Source: Eledone cirrhosa (taxonomy: Eukaryota). Taken from it: a stretch of DNA of 64,000 bases. How positions within the stretch are numbered: position 1 is the stretch's first letter; each line of letters opens with the position of its first letter. Positions 51,290 to 63,594 of this stretch are shown one piece after another. The position numbers were made by a program, and so were the translations under genes. The notes beneath the pieces were generated by a model, which ran no database searches, was not told where the DNA came from, and saw only the letters and a program-made list of their open reading frames with translations. Where the stretch lies: the NCBI GenBank assembly GCA_964016885.1, contig OZ024755.1, positions 32,674,001 to 32,738,000 on the forward strand, in the 5' to 3' direction.

Positions 51290-52192
51290 ACCACTACCAC
51301 TACTACTGCTGCTGCTACCACCACTACTACTACTGTTGCTACTACTACTACCACCACCACAATTACTACCACTACTGATCTGCTGCTACTACTATTACTG
51401 CTGCTGTTACCACCACTACTACTACTGTTGCTACTACTACTACCACCACCACAATTACTACCACTACTGATCTGCTGCTACTACTATTACTGCTGCTGTT
51501 ACCACCACTACTACTACTACTGCTACCACCACTACCACTACTACTACTACTACTACCACCATCACCACTACTACTATTGCTACTGCTACTACCACACTAC
51601 TACTGCTACTACCACCATCACCACTACTATTGCTGCTGCTACTACCACCACACTACTACTGCTACTACTACTACTACAGTTACTACTACCACCACCACCA
51701 CTACTACCACCCTACTACTACTACTACCACCAACACCACTACAGAAATGTTTATAAGATATTGTCTATCTTTAGCCCACCAAAACAAGGTGGTGGTGGTG
51801 GTAGTAGTAGTGGTGGTGGTGGTAGTAGTGGTGGTGGTGGTAGTGGTGATGATAGTGGTGGTAGTAGTGGTGGTGGTGGTGGTAGTGGTAGTGGTGGTAG
51901 TGGTGGTAGTAGTGGTGGTGGTGGTGGTGGTGGTGGTGGTGATGATAGTGGTGGTAGTAGTGGTGGTAGTGGTGTTGGTGGTGGTAGTAGTAGTAGTAGT
52001 GGTGTTGGTTGTAGTAATAATGGTGGTAGTAGTAGTAGTGGTGGTAATAGTAGTAGTGGTGGTAATAGTAGTAGTAGCAGTAGTGGTGGTGGTAATAGTA
52101 GTAGTAGCAGTAGTGGTGGTGGTAATAGTAGTAGTAGCAGTAGTGGTGGTGGTAGTAGTAGCAGTAGTGGTAGTAGTAGTAGTAGTAGTACA
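51290..52192. repeat. (CTA/CCA)n tract followed by a complementary (GTA/GGT)n tract
   Basis: Directly visible; about 45-bp spacer at 51742-51787. Confidence 0.95.
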
Positions 52193-52273
52193 CTACATAT
52201 GATTTTGAAAATAATCAAGAATTTGGAGAGATTCAGAAATATAACTAATTTTCTCAGTATGAAGTTGGTGTTT

Positions 52274-52690
52274 GGAACATAACTTAACATAGTACCATAC
52301 ATAAAAGTATGGAGGAATGTTTTTAAATAAATATGAATATTTTACAGCAAACAGTCGTGTATCATAGAAACAGGGGTTAGGAACATAACTTAACATAAGA
52401 CCATACATAAAAGTATGGAGGTATGTTTTTAAATAAATATGAATATTTTACAGCAAACAGTCGTGTATCATAGAAACAGGGGTTAGGAACATAACTTAAC
52501 ATAGGACCATACATAAAAGTATGGAGAAATGTTTTAAAATAAATATGAATATTTTACAGCAAACAGTCGTGTATCGTAGAAACAGGGGTTAGGAACATAA
52601 CTTAACATAGTACCATACATAAATGTATGATGGAGTGTTTTGAAATAAATATAAACTTTAAAAAGTAAATAACCTTGTATCGTAGAACCA
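52274..52690. repeat. 106-bp tandem repeat, about 4 units
   Basis: GGAACATAACTTAACATA at 52274, 52380, 52486 and 52592. Confidence 0.92.
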
Positions 52691-52720
52691 AGGATGGTTT
52701 CAATTGGTTTTGTATCAAAA

Positions 52721-52907
52721 TAATTGTTTCTATTTTAGGCACAAGGCCAGCAATTACCCAGTACATTAATGGTACTTTATTTTATCGACCCCGTAAGGAT
52801 GAAAGGCAAAGTTAACCTCGGCGGGATTTGAACTCAGATCATAAAGGGACGTAACTCTATGCTTCAAAGCATGGTGTCCGACTCTCTACCGATACTGCCA
52901 ATCCATA
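52721..52907 (-). mobile_element. SINE family A
   Basis: Same motifs as the other copies. Confidence 0.85.
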
Positions 52908-52975
52908 CTAAACTAGAGGAAGGAAGTGGGTTAAAGTATAGAAGTTCTCAATGAACTGAAACTACAACTTAGTTT

Positions 52976-53270
52976 CAATTCGCTTCCAACTTAGTCGTTT
53001 CGGCCACAAACACCGGTACTGCAGCCATAGAGGACAGGAAGATCCACAAATACCAAGGATTGTCCAGCTGCTTCCTCTTTGCACCGGTCACTATTGAGAT
53101 CTCAGTCATCCTCAGACCCTGTACTGCCAAGCTCCTCCGCAAGATCAGAACATCAGTAACCTGTCTAAAGGAAGGAGCCCCGTGAGGTGGGGTGGCTGTT
53201 GAAGTGGGTGTCACTGGCCACTGACCACTGTCTGCAGAAATGATTTTGCAGTTTTGTCTGTGGAGCACAG
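52976..53270 (+). mobile_element. CRE-like non-LTR retrotransposon fragment (restriction-like endonuclease C-terminus)
   Basis: Plus frame absent from the ORF track: FASNLVVSATNTGTAAIEDRKIHKYQGLSSCFLFAPVTIEISVILRPCTAKLLRKI, then frameshifted PREVGWLLKWVSLA. Fits an AE..K..KY..L...F.P...ET.G motif. Confidence 0.65.
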
Positions 53271-53710
53271 CCCCAACACCCCCGTGCCATAGACCTAGAT
53301 CCCATCACCTTCTTCCCTTACCCTTCCTTTTCTTCTGTGACCTTAGAGTCCTTGCTTTGCCTCGCATTTATGACTTTTATAGTCATATCCGCTATCTTTC
53401 ATGAGATATATTGGTTTACCTGTACTAGATATAAAAATATACCTGGCATGATGAAAACCAACTGGCTGAAACAAGTGAAATAATCTAAATTATTTAAAAT
53501 AAAATTCTCAGTTGATGGTAAGGTTGGAGCAAGTTCCTTTGTTGGGCAACAGAGTCACCATCTTGTACTCTACCCCACATCATATCATAGTGGTGAAGGG
53601 ATCACACCTCACCCCACAACATACCATAGTGACCAAGTTAATATGACCAACAGATGAATAAGCTTTGCAGTTGTCTTAAACCAGACTTTTAATGCCTCAA
53701 ACAAGTCTGT

Positions 53711-54861
53711 TTAACCCTTTAGTATTTAAACTGGCCATATCCGGCCAGAATTCTCACACCTCTTTCTGTTCAAACCAGCTGTAACCAGTTGCTCATACTG
53801 ATGTTAAGGTATTGTTCTCAAAATAAATAATATCAAAATTATTATAGATAATTATGTGAGGTAAAACCTTTACCATGAAAATATAATAGTAAATATAGAG
53901 TAATGTAAATGTTATGTGAGATATTATGTGAGGTAAAGCCTTTACCATGAAAATATAATAGTAAATGTAGAGTAATGTAAATGTTATGTGAAATATTATG
54001 TGAGATAAAGCCTTTACCATGAAAATATAATAGTAAATATAGAGTAATGTAAATGTTATGTGAGATATTATGTGAGGTAAAGCCTTTACCATGAAAATAT
54101 AATAGTAAATATAGAGTAAAGTAAATGTTATGTGAGATATTATGTGAGGTAAAGCCTTTACCATGAAAATATAATAGTAAATGTAGAGTAATGTAAATGT
54201 TATGTGAAATATTATGTGAGATAAAGCCTTTACCATGAAAATATAATAGTAAATATAGAGTAATGTAAATGTTATGTGAGATATTATGTGAGGTAAAAGC
54301 CTTTACCATGAAAATATAATAGTATATATAGAGTAATGTAAATGTTATGTGAGATATTATGTGAGGTAAAGCCTTTACCATGAAAATATAATAGTAAATA
54401 TAGAGTAATGTAAATGTTATGTGAGATATTATGTGAGGTAAAGCCTTTACCATGAAAATACAATAGTAAATATAGAGTAATGTAAATGTTATGTGAAATA
54501 TTATGTGAGGTAAAGCCTTTACCATGAAAATATAATAGTAAATATAGAGTAATGTAAATGTTATGTGAGATATTATGTGAGGTAAAAGCCTTTACCATGA
54601 AAATATAATAGTAAATATAGAGTAATGTAAATGTTATGTGAAATATTATGTGAGGTAAAGCCTTTACCATGAAAATATAATAGTAAATATAGAGTAATGT
54701 AAATGTTATGTGAAATATTATGTGAGGTAAAGCCTTTACCATGAAAATATAATAGTAAATATAGAGTAATGTAAATGTTATGTGAAATATTATGTGAGAT
54801 AAAGCCTTTACCATGAAAATATAATAGTAAATGTAGAGTAATGTAAATGGTAAAGGGTTAA
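53711..54861 (+). mobile_element. piggyBac-type MITE with an internal 72-bp array (about 14 units)
   Basis: Both TIRs intact (TTAACCCTTTAGTATTTA / TAAATGGTAAAGGGTTAA); TACCATGAAA recurs every 72 bp. Confidence 0.92.
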
Positions 54862-55508
54862 TAATAGACGTATCTGAAGTAAAAATAGCTATAACAGCAA
54901 TACAAAAAATAACTGAAATCTAGATAATTAAAATTGCAGGGCTAAGGTTGGAATGGTTCGGTAAAAAAAAATGTATACATTCGAAATATGTTCTCTCCCT
55001 CCCTACTCTCATCACTTAATGCAAGAAACACTTTGTAAAAGTATGTTTTACATAAAAAGAAACCAAAAAAACAACCACAGATTATCAAGAAGGCTGACAA
55101 GAAAAAAAAACAAGGAGCCTGTGTAGATTTCTCATTTGATGTGTTTATAACATTTAGTCAATTTTTTTACTCTTTTTAAACAGAAAAAATAATTTCAATG
55201 GATCAAAAGAAGTTGAATAAACAAGTCAAAAGGTTTTTGTTAATGTTATAAATTTTTTTTTAAATGTGGGCAAAGTAATTCCTAAGATTGTTTTACTATT
55301 TGTTTCATTAAAATAATTTTTAATTTAAATAATTTAATTAGACAAGGGCAACTAGAGAATTGTTATTCTGCTCTGAAAACAAATATTTACAAATTCAGTT
55401 TTAATTTTTTGGGGACTGCAGGATATTTTTAGGTATAAAAATTTAACGAATGTGTTAATGAATGAATTACAATATCTTTTCAGTTCATATTTTACTGCTA
55501 TATTTCTA

Positions 55509-56030
55509 AGGTGCGTGGCCTAGTGGTAAGGGTGTTGGACTTACGATTGTAATGTCGTGGGTTTGATTCCAGGGCTGGGTTGTGTGTAGTGTTCTTGAGC
55601 AAAACACTTCATTTCACGTTGCTCCAGTATACTCAGTGGAGGTGTGTGGCCTAGTGGTAAGGGTGTTGGACTTATGATCGTAATGTCGTGGGTTTGATTC
55701 CAGGGCTGGGTTGTGTGTAGTGTTCTTGAGCAAAACACTTCATTTCACATTGCTCCAGTATACTCAGTTGAAAATGAGTACCAGCAATAGCTGGGGGTTT
55801 AACCCTGCGATGGACTGGCATCCTGTCCAGGGGGGGGGGGAGTCTTGTACTCTCAGTCACTTAATGTTAAGGAAACTGGGAGCTCCAGTATACCCAGCTG
55901 AAATTGAGTACCAGTAATAGCTGGGGGTTTAACCCTGCAATGGATTGGCATCTTATCCAGGGGGGAGTCTTGTACTCTCAGTTACTTTATATCATGAAAC
56001 TGGGATAAACATTGGTCTAACAAGCCTTAA
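55509..56030 (+). mobile_element. CORE-like SINE with a different tail (CCCTGCGATGGACTGGCATCCTGTCCAGGG); head and tail each duplicated
   Basis: 131-bp head duplication (A box TGGCCTAGTGG, B-box-like GGTTTGATTCC); tail segment repeated at about 55770 and about 55900. Confidence 0.75.
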
Positions 56031-56035
56031 ATGGC

Positions 56036-56724
56036 TTAACCCTTTAATGTTCAAACCGGCTAAAACCGGCCAGAATTCTCTACCTTTTTCTGTTGAAACT
56101 GACTATAACTGGTCACTCAAACTGATGTTAAGGTATTGTTCTCAAAATAAATACTTTCAAAATCTCATAGATTCGATATTATGTGAGATAATTATGTGAG
56201 ATAAAGCCTTTACCATGAAAATATAATAGTAAATATAGAGTAATGTAAATGTTATGTGAAATATTATGTGAGGTAAAGCCTTTACCATGAAAATATAATA
56301 GTAAATATAGAGTAATGTAAATGTTATGTGAAATATTATGTGAGGTAAAGCCTTTACCATGAAAATATAATAGTATATATAGAGTAATGTAAATGCTATG
56401 TGAAATATTATGTGAGGTAAAGCCTTTACCATGAAAATATAATAGTATATATAGAGTAATGTGAAATATTATGTGAGGTAAAGCCTTTACCATGAAAATA
56501 TAATAGTATATATAGAGTAATGTGAAATATTATGTGAGGTAAAGCCTTTACCATGAAAATATAATAGTATATATAGAGTAATGTGAAATATTATGTGAGG
56601 TAAAGCCTTTAACCATGAAAATATAATAGTATATATAGAGTAATGTGAAATATTATGTGAGGTAAAGCCTTTACCATGAAAATATAATAGTATATATAGA
56701 GTAATGTGAATGGTAAAGGGTTAA
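56036..56724 (+). mobile_element. piggyBac-type MITE with internal 72-bp then 61-bp units (about 8 in total)
   Basis: TTAACCCTTTAATG ... ATGGTAAAGGGTTAA. Confidence 0.9.
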
Positions 56725-57104
56725 GACAGACTTTTAGACTTAAATTTCAAAGATGGTGAACTGGCAGTCATTAGAACATTAGATTATATGTCTAAATATT
56801 TGTTTTGGTTCAATGTGCTCCAAGGTCAAATTTGAGGTCAAATTTGCCTTTTTTCTTCATTACAGGTTAAACCTTTGGGGGGTGGGGGGTGGGGGGTTAC
56901 CTTAATAAATATATTATTCACCTCCACTCCTTAATTATATGTTCTTGCTGCAGAAAGCATCCCTGAGAAGTTCTACATGTTACTCAAATATATTCTATGA
57001 CCTGGTAAGTAGAAGTAAGACTATGGTGGTATATATACACGGATACACGGGTAAGAATATAAACAAATAAAATGAACAATCTGTTTACGTCTGATGAACA
57101 ACAA

Positions 57105-57645
57105 CGATGATGATGATGGTGGTGGTGGTGGTGATGGTGATGGTTGTGATAGTGATGGTGGTGGTGATGATGGTGATGATGGTGGTAGTGATGATGATGA
57201 TGATGATGATGGTGATGGTGGTGATGATGGTGATGATGGTTGCGATGATGATGGTGGTGATGGTGGTGGTGATGATGGTTGTGATGATGATGGTGGTGGT
57301 GGTTGTGATGATGGTGATGGTTGTGATGGTTGTGATGGTGGTGGTGGTTTTGATGATGGTGAGAATGATGATGGTTGTGATGATGATGGTGCTGACAATG
57401 ATGATGATGATACACATATGGTGGTGGTGATGGTGGAGGTGGTGATGATGGTGATGATGGTTGTGATGATGATGGTAGTGGTGATGATGGTAGTGGTGAT
57501 GATGATGGTGGTGGTGATGATGATGGTGGTTGTGATGATGGTGGTGGTGGTGGTGACGATGGTTGTGATGATGATGATGATGATGATGATGATGAGAATG
57601 ATGATTGTTGTGATGATGATGGTGCTGACAATGATGATGATGATA
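57105..57645. repeat. (GAT/GGT)n microsatellite
   Basis: Directly visible. Confidence 0.95.
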
Positions 57646-57822
57646 CACAAACATAGACTGTTACTATATTCCCCCTCATTTTGTCATCTATTTCAGTATG
57701 TTTTGCTATTTATGTAACATGTCATCTTGTTTTCCTTACTCCTTACTTTTCTGAAGATGTTCGATGTTACATACATATATAAGTCTTCTATGTATCCTTA
57801 TTAGTTCTGTCACACAAATCTC

Positions 57823-60110
57823 ATTCTTCTTCTTCTTTGTCCATTTATTCCTAAGAGGGTCATGGGGGAAGAGTTCTCAAATACTCCATCCAATGGGTCC
57901 TGTCAGAAGCAACAGTCTCCAACTGATCTGGCTGGATTCCCAAGGGACAGAGTCCTCAAACACTCCCTCTAGTGGGTCCTGTCAGAAGCAACAGTCTCCA
58001 ACTGATCTGGCTGGATCCCCAAGTGACAGAGTCCTCAAACACTCCCTCTGGTGGGTCCTGTCAGAAGCAACAGTCTCCAACTGATCTGGCTGGATCTCCA
58101 AGTGACAGAGTCCCCAAACACTCCCTCTAGTGGGTCCTGTCAGAAGCAACAGTCTCCAACTGATCTGGCTGGATCCCCAAGTGACAGAGTCCTCAAACAC
58201 TCCCTCTAGTGGGTCCTGTCAGAAGCAACAGTCTCCAACTGATCTGGCTGGATTCCCAAGGGACAGAGTCCCCAAACACTCCCTCTAGTGGGTCCTGTCA
58301 GAAGCAACAGTCTCCAACTGATCTGGCTGGATCCCCAAGTGACAGAGTCCTCAAACACTCCCTCTAGTGGGTCCTGTCAGAAGCAACAGTCTCCAACTGA
58401 TCTGGCTGGATTCCCAAGGGACAGAGTCCTCAAACACTCCCTCTAGTGGGTCCTGTCAGAAGCAACAGTCTCCAACTGATCTGGCTGGATTCCCAAGGGA
58501 CAGAGTCCCCAAACACTCCCTCTAGTGGGTCCTGTCAGAAGCAACAGTCTCCAACTGATCTGGCTGGATTCCCAAGGGACAGAGTCCTCAAACACTCCCT
58601 CTAGTGGGTCCTGTCAGAAGCAACAGTCTCCAACTGATCTGGCTGGATTCCCAAGGGACAGAGTCCCCAAACACTCCCTCTAGTGGGTCCTGTCAGAAGC
58701 AACAGTCTCCAACTGATCTGGCTGGATCCCCAAGTGACAGAGTCCTCAAACACTCCCTCTAGTGGGTCCTGTCAGAAGCAACAGTCTCCAACTGATCTGG
58801 CTGGATTCCCAAGGGACAGAGTCCTCAAACACTCCCTCTAGTGGGTCCTGTCAGAAGCAACAGTCTCCAACTGATCTGGCTGGATTCCCAAGGGACAGAG
58901 TCCCCAAACACTCCCTCTAGTGGGTCCTGTCAGAAGCAACAGTCTCCAACTGATCTGGCTGGATTCCCAAGGGACAGAGTCCTCAAACACTCCCTCTAGT
59001 GGGTCCTGTCAGAAGCAACAGTCTCCAACTGATCTGGCTGGATCCTCAAGTGACAGAGTCCTCAAACACTCCCTCTAGTGGGTCCTGTCAGAAGCAACAG
59101 TCTCCAACTAATCTGGCTGGATCCCCAAGTGACAGAGTCCTCAAACACTCCCTCTAGTGGGTCCTGTCAGAAGCAACAGTCTCCAACTGATCTGGCTGGA
59201 TTCCCAAGGGACAGAGTCCTCAAACACTCCCTCCAGTGGGTCCTGTCAGAAGCAACCATCTCCAACTGATCTGGCTGGATCCCCAAGCAAGACCAGCTAA
59301 GCTCATGGATGTTATCCAACCATCTTGCTTGGGGTCTACCCCTGGGTCTCCTACTGGTTGGTTTTGCCTGTAAAATCTATCCAGCAATTCTTTCCTGAGA
59401 GATTCTTACCATATGTCCATAGTATCGGAGCTGTGATCTCTCAATTCAGAGAACTAGTGGCTCCACCTGGAGTGACTCTCCAGCAATTCTTTCCTGAGAC
59501 ATTCTAACCACATGTCCATTGTATCGGAGCCGTGATCACTCAATTCAGAGAAGTAGCGGCTCTACCTAGAGTGACTCTCTAGTGATTCTTTCCTGAGACA
59601 TTCTAACCACATGCCCATAGTATCAGAGCTGTGATCTCTCAATTCAGAGAAGTAGAGGCTCTATCTGGAGTGACTCTCTGATCTCCAAACTACGCACTTT
59701 ATCGAGTAAAGTTACTCCAAAGATCCTTTGGAGGAATGTCATTTCAGCTGCTTGTATTCGCATGATCATAGGTAAGGGTTGGCATGAAAACCGAATTGAA
59801 GATGGCAAGTTTGGCTTTTACGCCTTTTTCTGATTACTGGATACTGCAGCTGGCATATTACTGCACCAGCTCCTGCAATTTTTGCACTTAATTTAGCCTC
59901 CTGCCTTCCATCATTTGTGAACACAGCCTCGAGATACTTGAACTTCTCCACCTGCTTCAGTGGAACTCCATTTACATATAGAGTGCACTGTTCAGGCTTC
60001 CTTGAGAGGATGAGCATCTCAGATTTCGCAGCACTGGGCATCAAACCTATCAAGTGCAAGTCGGAGGTCACCTTCTGTCAAGTTAAGTAACACCATGTCG
60101 TCTGCAATTT
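57823..60110 (-). mobile_element. RTE LINE 3' half (RT C-terminal part to tail) with a 79-bp array (57895-59285, about 17 units) and three 99-bp units
   Basis: IADDMV RT motif at about 60090-60108; KSEMLILSRK...LYVNGVPLKQVEKFKYL; (GAA)n tail on the minus strand near 57825. Confidence 0.88.
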
Positions 60111-60454
60111 CCACTCGACAGATTTTAAACTCGCCAGTCATGAAACCACTTCCAACCCAATTCTATTTCATATACTATAAATATTCTACTTTTATTCCTA
60201 ACTCTTTGTTACCTGACAACACAATGAACCAGCAAAATTAGTTCTGACATGCATAACAAATGTGACAAAATCTCAACTATTTTTTAAAATACGATTATTT
60301 TCTTTCCTTTAATGCTAATTAATTTTAATATAATTTGATGTAAAATATCAAATTTTTCAAATTCAAAATTCTTTTCAATCTCTTTATACCCTTTTTATAA
60401 TTATTTAAATGTTTATCACAAGGGTTTATATAATAATAATAATAATAATGATAA

Positions 60455-60650
60455 TGATTTCTAGTATAGGCACAAGGCCAGTAATTTGGGGGGAGGGGAA
60501 AGTCGATTAAATCGATCCCAGTACGTTACTGGTGCTTTATTTTATCGACCCCCGTAAGGATGAAAGGCAAAGTTAACCTCGGCGGGATTTGAACTGAGAT
60601 CGTAAAGGGCCGTAACTCTATGGAGTCCGACCCTCTACTGATACTGCCAA
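60455..60650 (-). mobile_element. SINE family A (long variant)
   Basis: Same motifs as the other copies. Confidence 0.85.
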
Positions 60651-61186
60651 TATAATAATGTTGGAAATCTATATACTACTAAAACTCTGTGAGTGTATGC
60701 TTGTCTGTAATTTAATACAGCCAAAAGGGTGCATAATGGGAAAATACTTTGAAAGGAAGTTGCCCCTGAAATGGGAATACAAATGGAATAAGACAAGTTT
60801 CGCATAAATCGGAGCATGGGTTCCCGAGATATGGGGTTTTTCTGGCTACCTTCATAGATAGAGAGAGAGAGAGAGAGAGAGAAAGAAAGTAATAGTGTTT
60901 GTGAGAGAGTAGATTGAAAGAGAGACATGTCTGTGTATATATTTTAATCATTTAAAAATTATTTTTAACGGTACATGATTTAAAAAAAATATTTTTAAGT
61001 GAGCGTGACCCAACAGATGACAGGTGGTCTAATTATTAGTAATAGTAAAAGATTGATATTTTCTTTAATAACATGTAAAAAGTTACACACACGTACACCA
61101 GGTCCGAACACAGAGGAGCTGAACTCCCACTGTCACCCCCTCCATCTCTCTTGCCCCTCCCCATCTCTCACTATGATGAGCATTAT

Positions 61187-61808
61187 TTAACTCTTTACCA
61201 TTTACATTTACATGGAGGCACATGGCCTTGTAATCGAAAGGTTGTGAGTTCAATTCTCAGACCGGGTGATGTGTTATTTCCTTGAGCAAGACACTTTATT
61301 TCACATTGCTCCAGTTTACTCAGCTGTAGAAATAAGATGATAGGGACTGGGGTCCCTATCATTCCACTGCAAAGTGGACGTGTAGGCGTCACAGAAAAAA
61401 AAAGCACCCAGCACACACTGTAAAGTGGATGTGTAGGCGTCACGGAAAAAAAAAAGCACCCAGCGCCATTCACGGAAAAAAAAAGCACCCAGCAATCACT
61501 GTAAATGAGGTTGGTGTTAGGAAGGGCATCCAGCTGTAGAAATCAAGCCAGAATCAGTTCCTGTCCCACCCTTGCAAGCAGGGAAAAGCAGACGTAAAAT
61601 GATGATGATGATGACTCTATATTTACTATTGTATTTTTCATGGTAAAGGCTTTATCTCTCATTATATTGAATCTACGATATTTTGATATTTCCTATTTTG
61701 AGAACAATACCGTAACATCAGTATAAGCGGCCAGTTACAGCAGGTTTGAACAGAAAGAGTGGAGAGAATTCTGGCTGGATACAGCCAGTTTAAATGCTAA
61801 AGGGTTAA
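61187..61808 (-). mobile_element. piggyBac-type MITE interrupted by SINE family B (61214-61613, plus)
   Basis: TTAACTCTTTACCATTTACATT [SINE] CTCTATATTTACTATTG...GCTAAAGGGTTAA. Confidence 0.85.
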
Positions 61809-61994
61809 ATTATTTTTGATTATATGAGTAGCCAACCACACACTACTGCCTTTTTAATATTTTCTGTTGTTGCACTCAATATATCTGCCCCAGTTGCCAT
61901 TTCTATTTCATGCTATTCCATTCTTCTTCTATTTCAATAAAGACAGGTAGAGTTTGTTTTTTTATTACCTTGCAAACCAGTAGGACATTCTGAC

Positions 61995-62029
61995 AAATGT
62001 GCGTGTGTGTGTGTGTATGTGTATGTGTG

Positions 62030-62063
<34 letters not shown>

Positions 62064-62585
62064 AGTGTATTTGTATATGTATGATGTGTGTGTGTGTGAG
62101 AGAGAGAGTATATGAGTGTGTGTATGAGTATATGAGTGTGTGTGTGCATGTGTGTGAGTGTATGAGTGTCTATGTGAATGTGTGAGTATGTGTGTATGCA
62201 TGTGTGTGAGTGTGTGTATGTGTATGAGTGTGTGTGTATGTGTGTGTATGAGTGTATGCATGGGTGTGACTGTGTGTGCGTGTGTGTATGTGTATGAGTA
62301 TATGATAATGTGTGTATGTGTATGAGTATATGAGAGTGTGTGTGTATGTATGTATGCATGGGTGTGACTGTGCGCGCGTGTGTGTATGCATGTGTGTGAC
62401 TGTGTATGTGTGTATGCATGTGTGTGCGTTTGTGAATGTGTATGAGTATATGAGAGTATATGAGAGTATGTGTGTATGTGTATGTGTATATGAGAGTGTG
62501 TGTGTATGTATGTATGCATGCATGCATGGGTGTGTGTGCATGTATGTGTGTGTGCATGTGTGTGTGTGAGTGAGTGTGTGTGTGA
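61995..62585. repeat. degenerate (TG)n microsatellite
   Basis: Directly visible. Confidence 0.95.
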
Positions 62586-63039
62586 TGGATTGCAACAAGC
62601 AATATGTCAGAGAGAAATTTATAGCATTTGGCTTCAAAGGTAAAAGTCGAAAAATAAGCAACACATTAGAGTGAGAGGGTATCAGAGATAGTGTCCCTGG
62701 GGGCTCTAATGTTAAAATAGAGCTCAATAAAACAAATGGAGATTTCATGGAAATAACATATTACGACCAAAGTGACTTTTTAAAAGAATGCCGGGTCTTC
62801 TTATTAATGGATGATACACTCTACTGTAATGTGTGCAGCTTCTTGCAGAGTTAAAACTAGCAATTGTTAGCTGAGAGTAGGAGGAGGAGGAAGAGGAGTC
62901 GTGTGATGTAGAGTGGGTAGACGACCTTCCATCTAACGCAGCCGACAACCAGCAAATATATATACACACACACACACACATACCAACAATTAAGATTGAT
63001 GCTATTGTCAATGTCCCATCCCTCCCTTCCTTAAGAAAT

Positions 63040-63436
63040 AGTTATTTCTACTTTAGGCACAAGGCCAGCAAATATCCCAGTGTATTACTGGTACTTTATT
63101 CTATCGACCGACCCCATAAGGATGAAAAGCAAAGTTAACCTCGGCGGGATTTGAACTCAGATCATAAAGGGCCATAACTCTATGCAACAAAGCATGGCGT
63201 CCAGCCTTCTACTTATACTGCCAATCCCGCCAAACTCTATACTTAATAATTGTTTCTACTTTTGGCACAAGGCCAGCAATTATCTCAGTGTATTACTGGT
63301 ACTTTATTTTATCGACCCCGTAAGGATGAAAGGCAAAGTTAACCTCGGCGGGATTTGAACTCAGACCATAAAGGGCCGTAACTCTTTGCTGCATTGCATG
63401 GCGTCCGACCCTCTACCGATACTGCCAATCCACCAC
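63040..63436 (-). mobile_element. two adjacent SINE family A copies
   Basis: 63040-63232 and 63248-63436, both near full length. Confidence 0.85.
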
Positions 63437-63594
63437 AAGAAATAGTGACAGTAGATGCACAGTCTGCTAGCACAAAACAATCATTTGCTACATGTTACTC
63501 AACTGCTACTCTCCACATGTGCAAGACTAATTAAAACCACTGGGATTCCCACATGATTCAACAGAAAAGGTCTGTGGTTTCTGTGTCATATATT

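Noticed and set aside
60660-60857. Possible DNA transposon terminal fragment
   Set aside because: No partner TIR or TSD found and only a single copy in the window.
62600-62880. Possible LINE APE endonuclease N-terminus on the minus strand (QLTIASFN...)
   Set aside because: Only one short motif resembles it; the downstream catalytic motifs are not identifiable.
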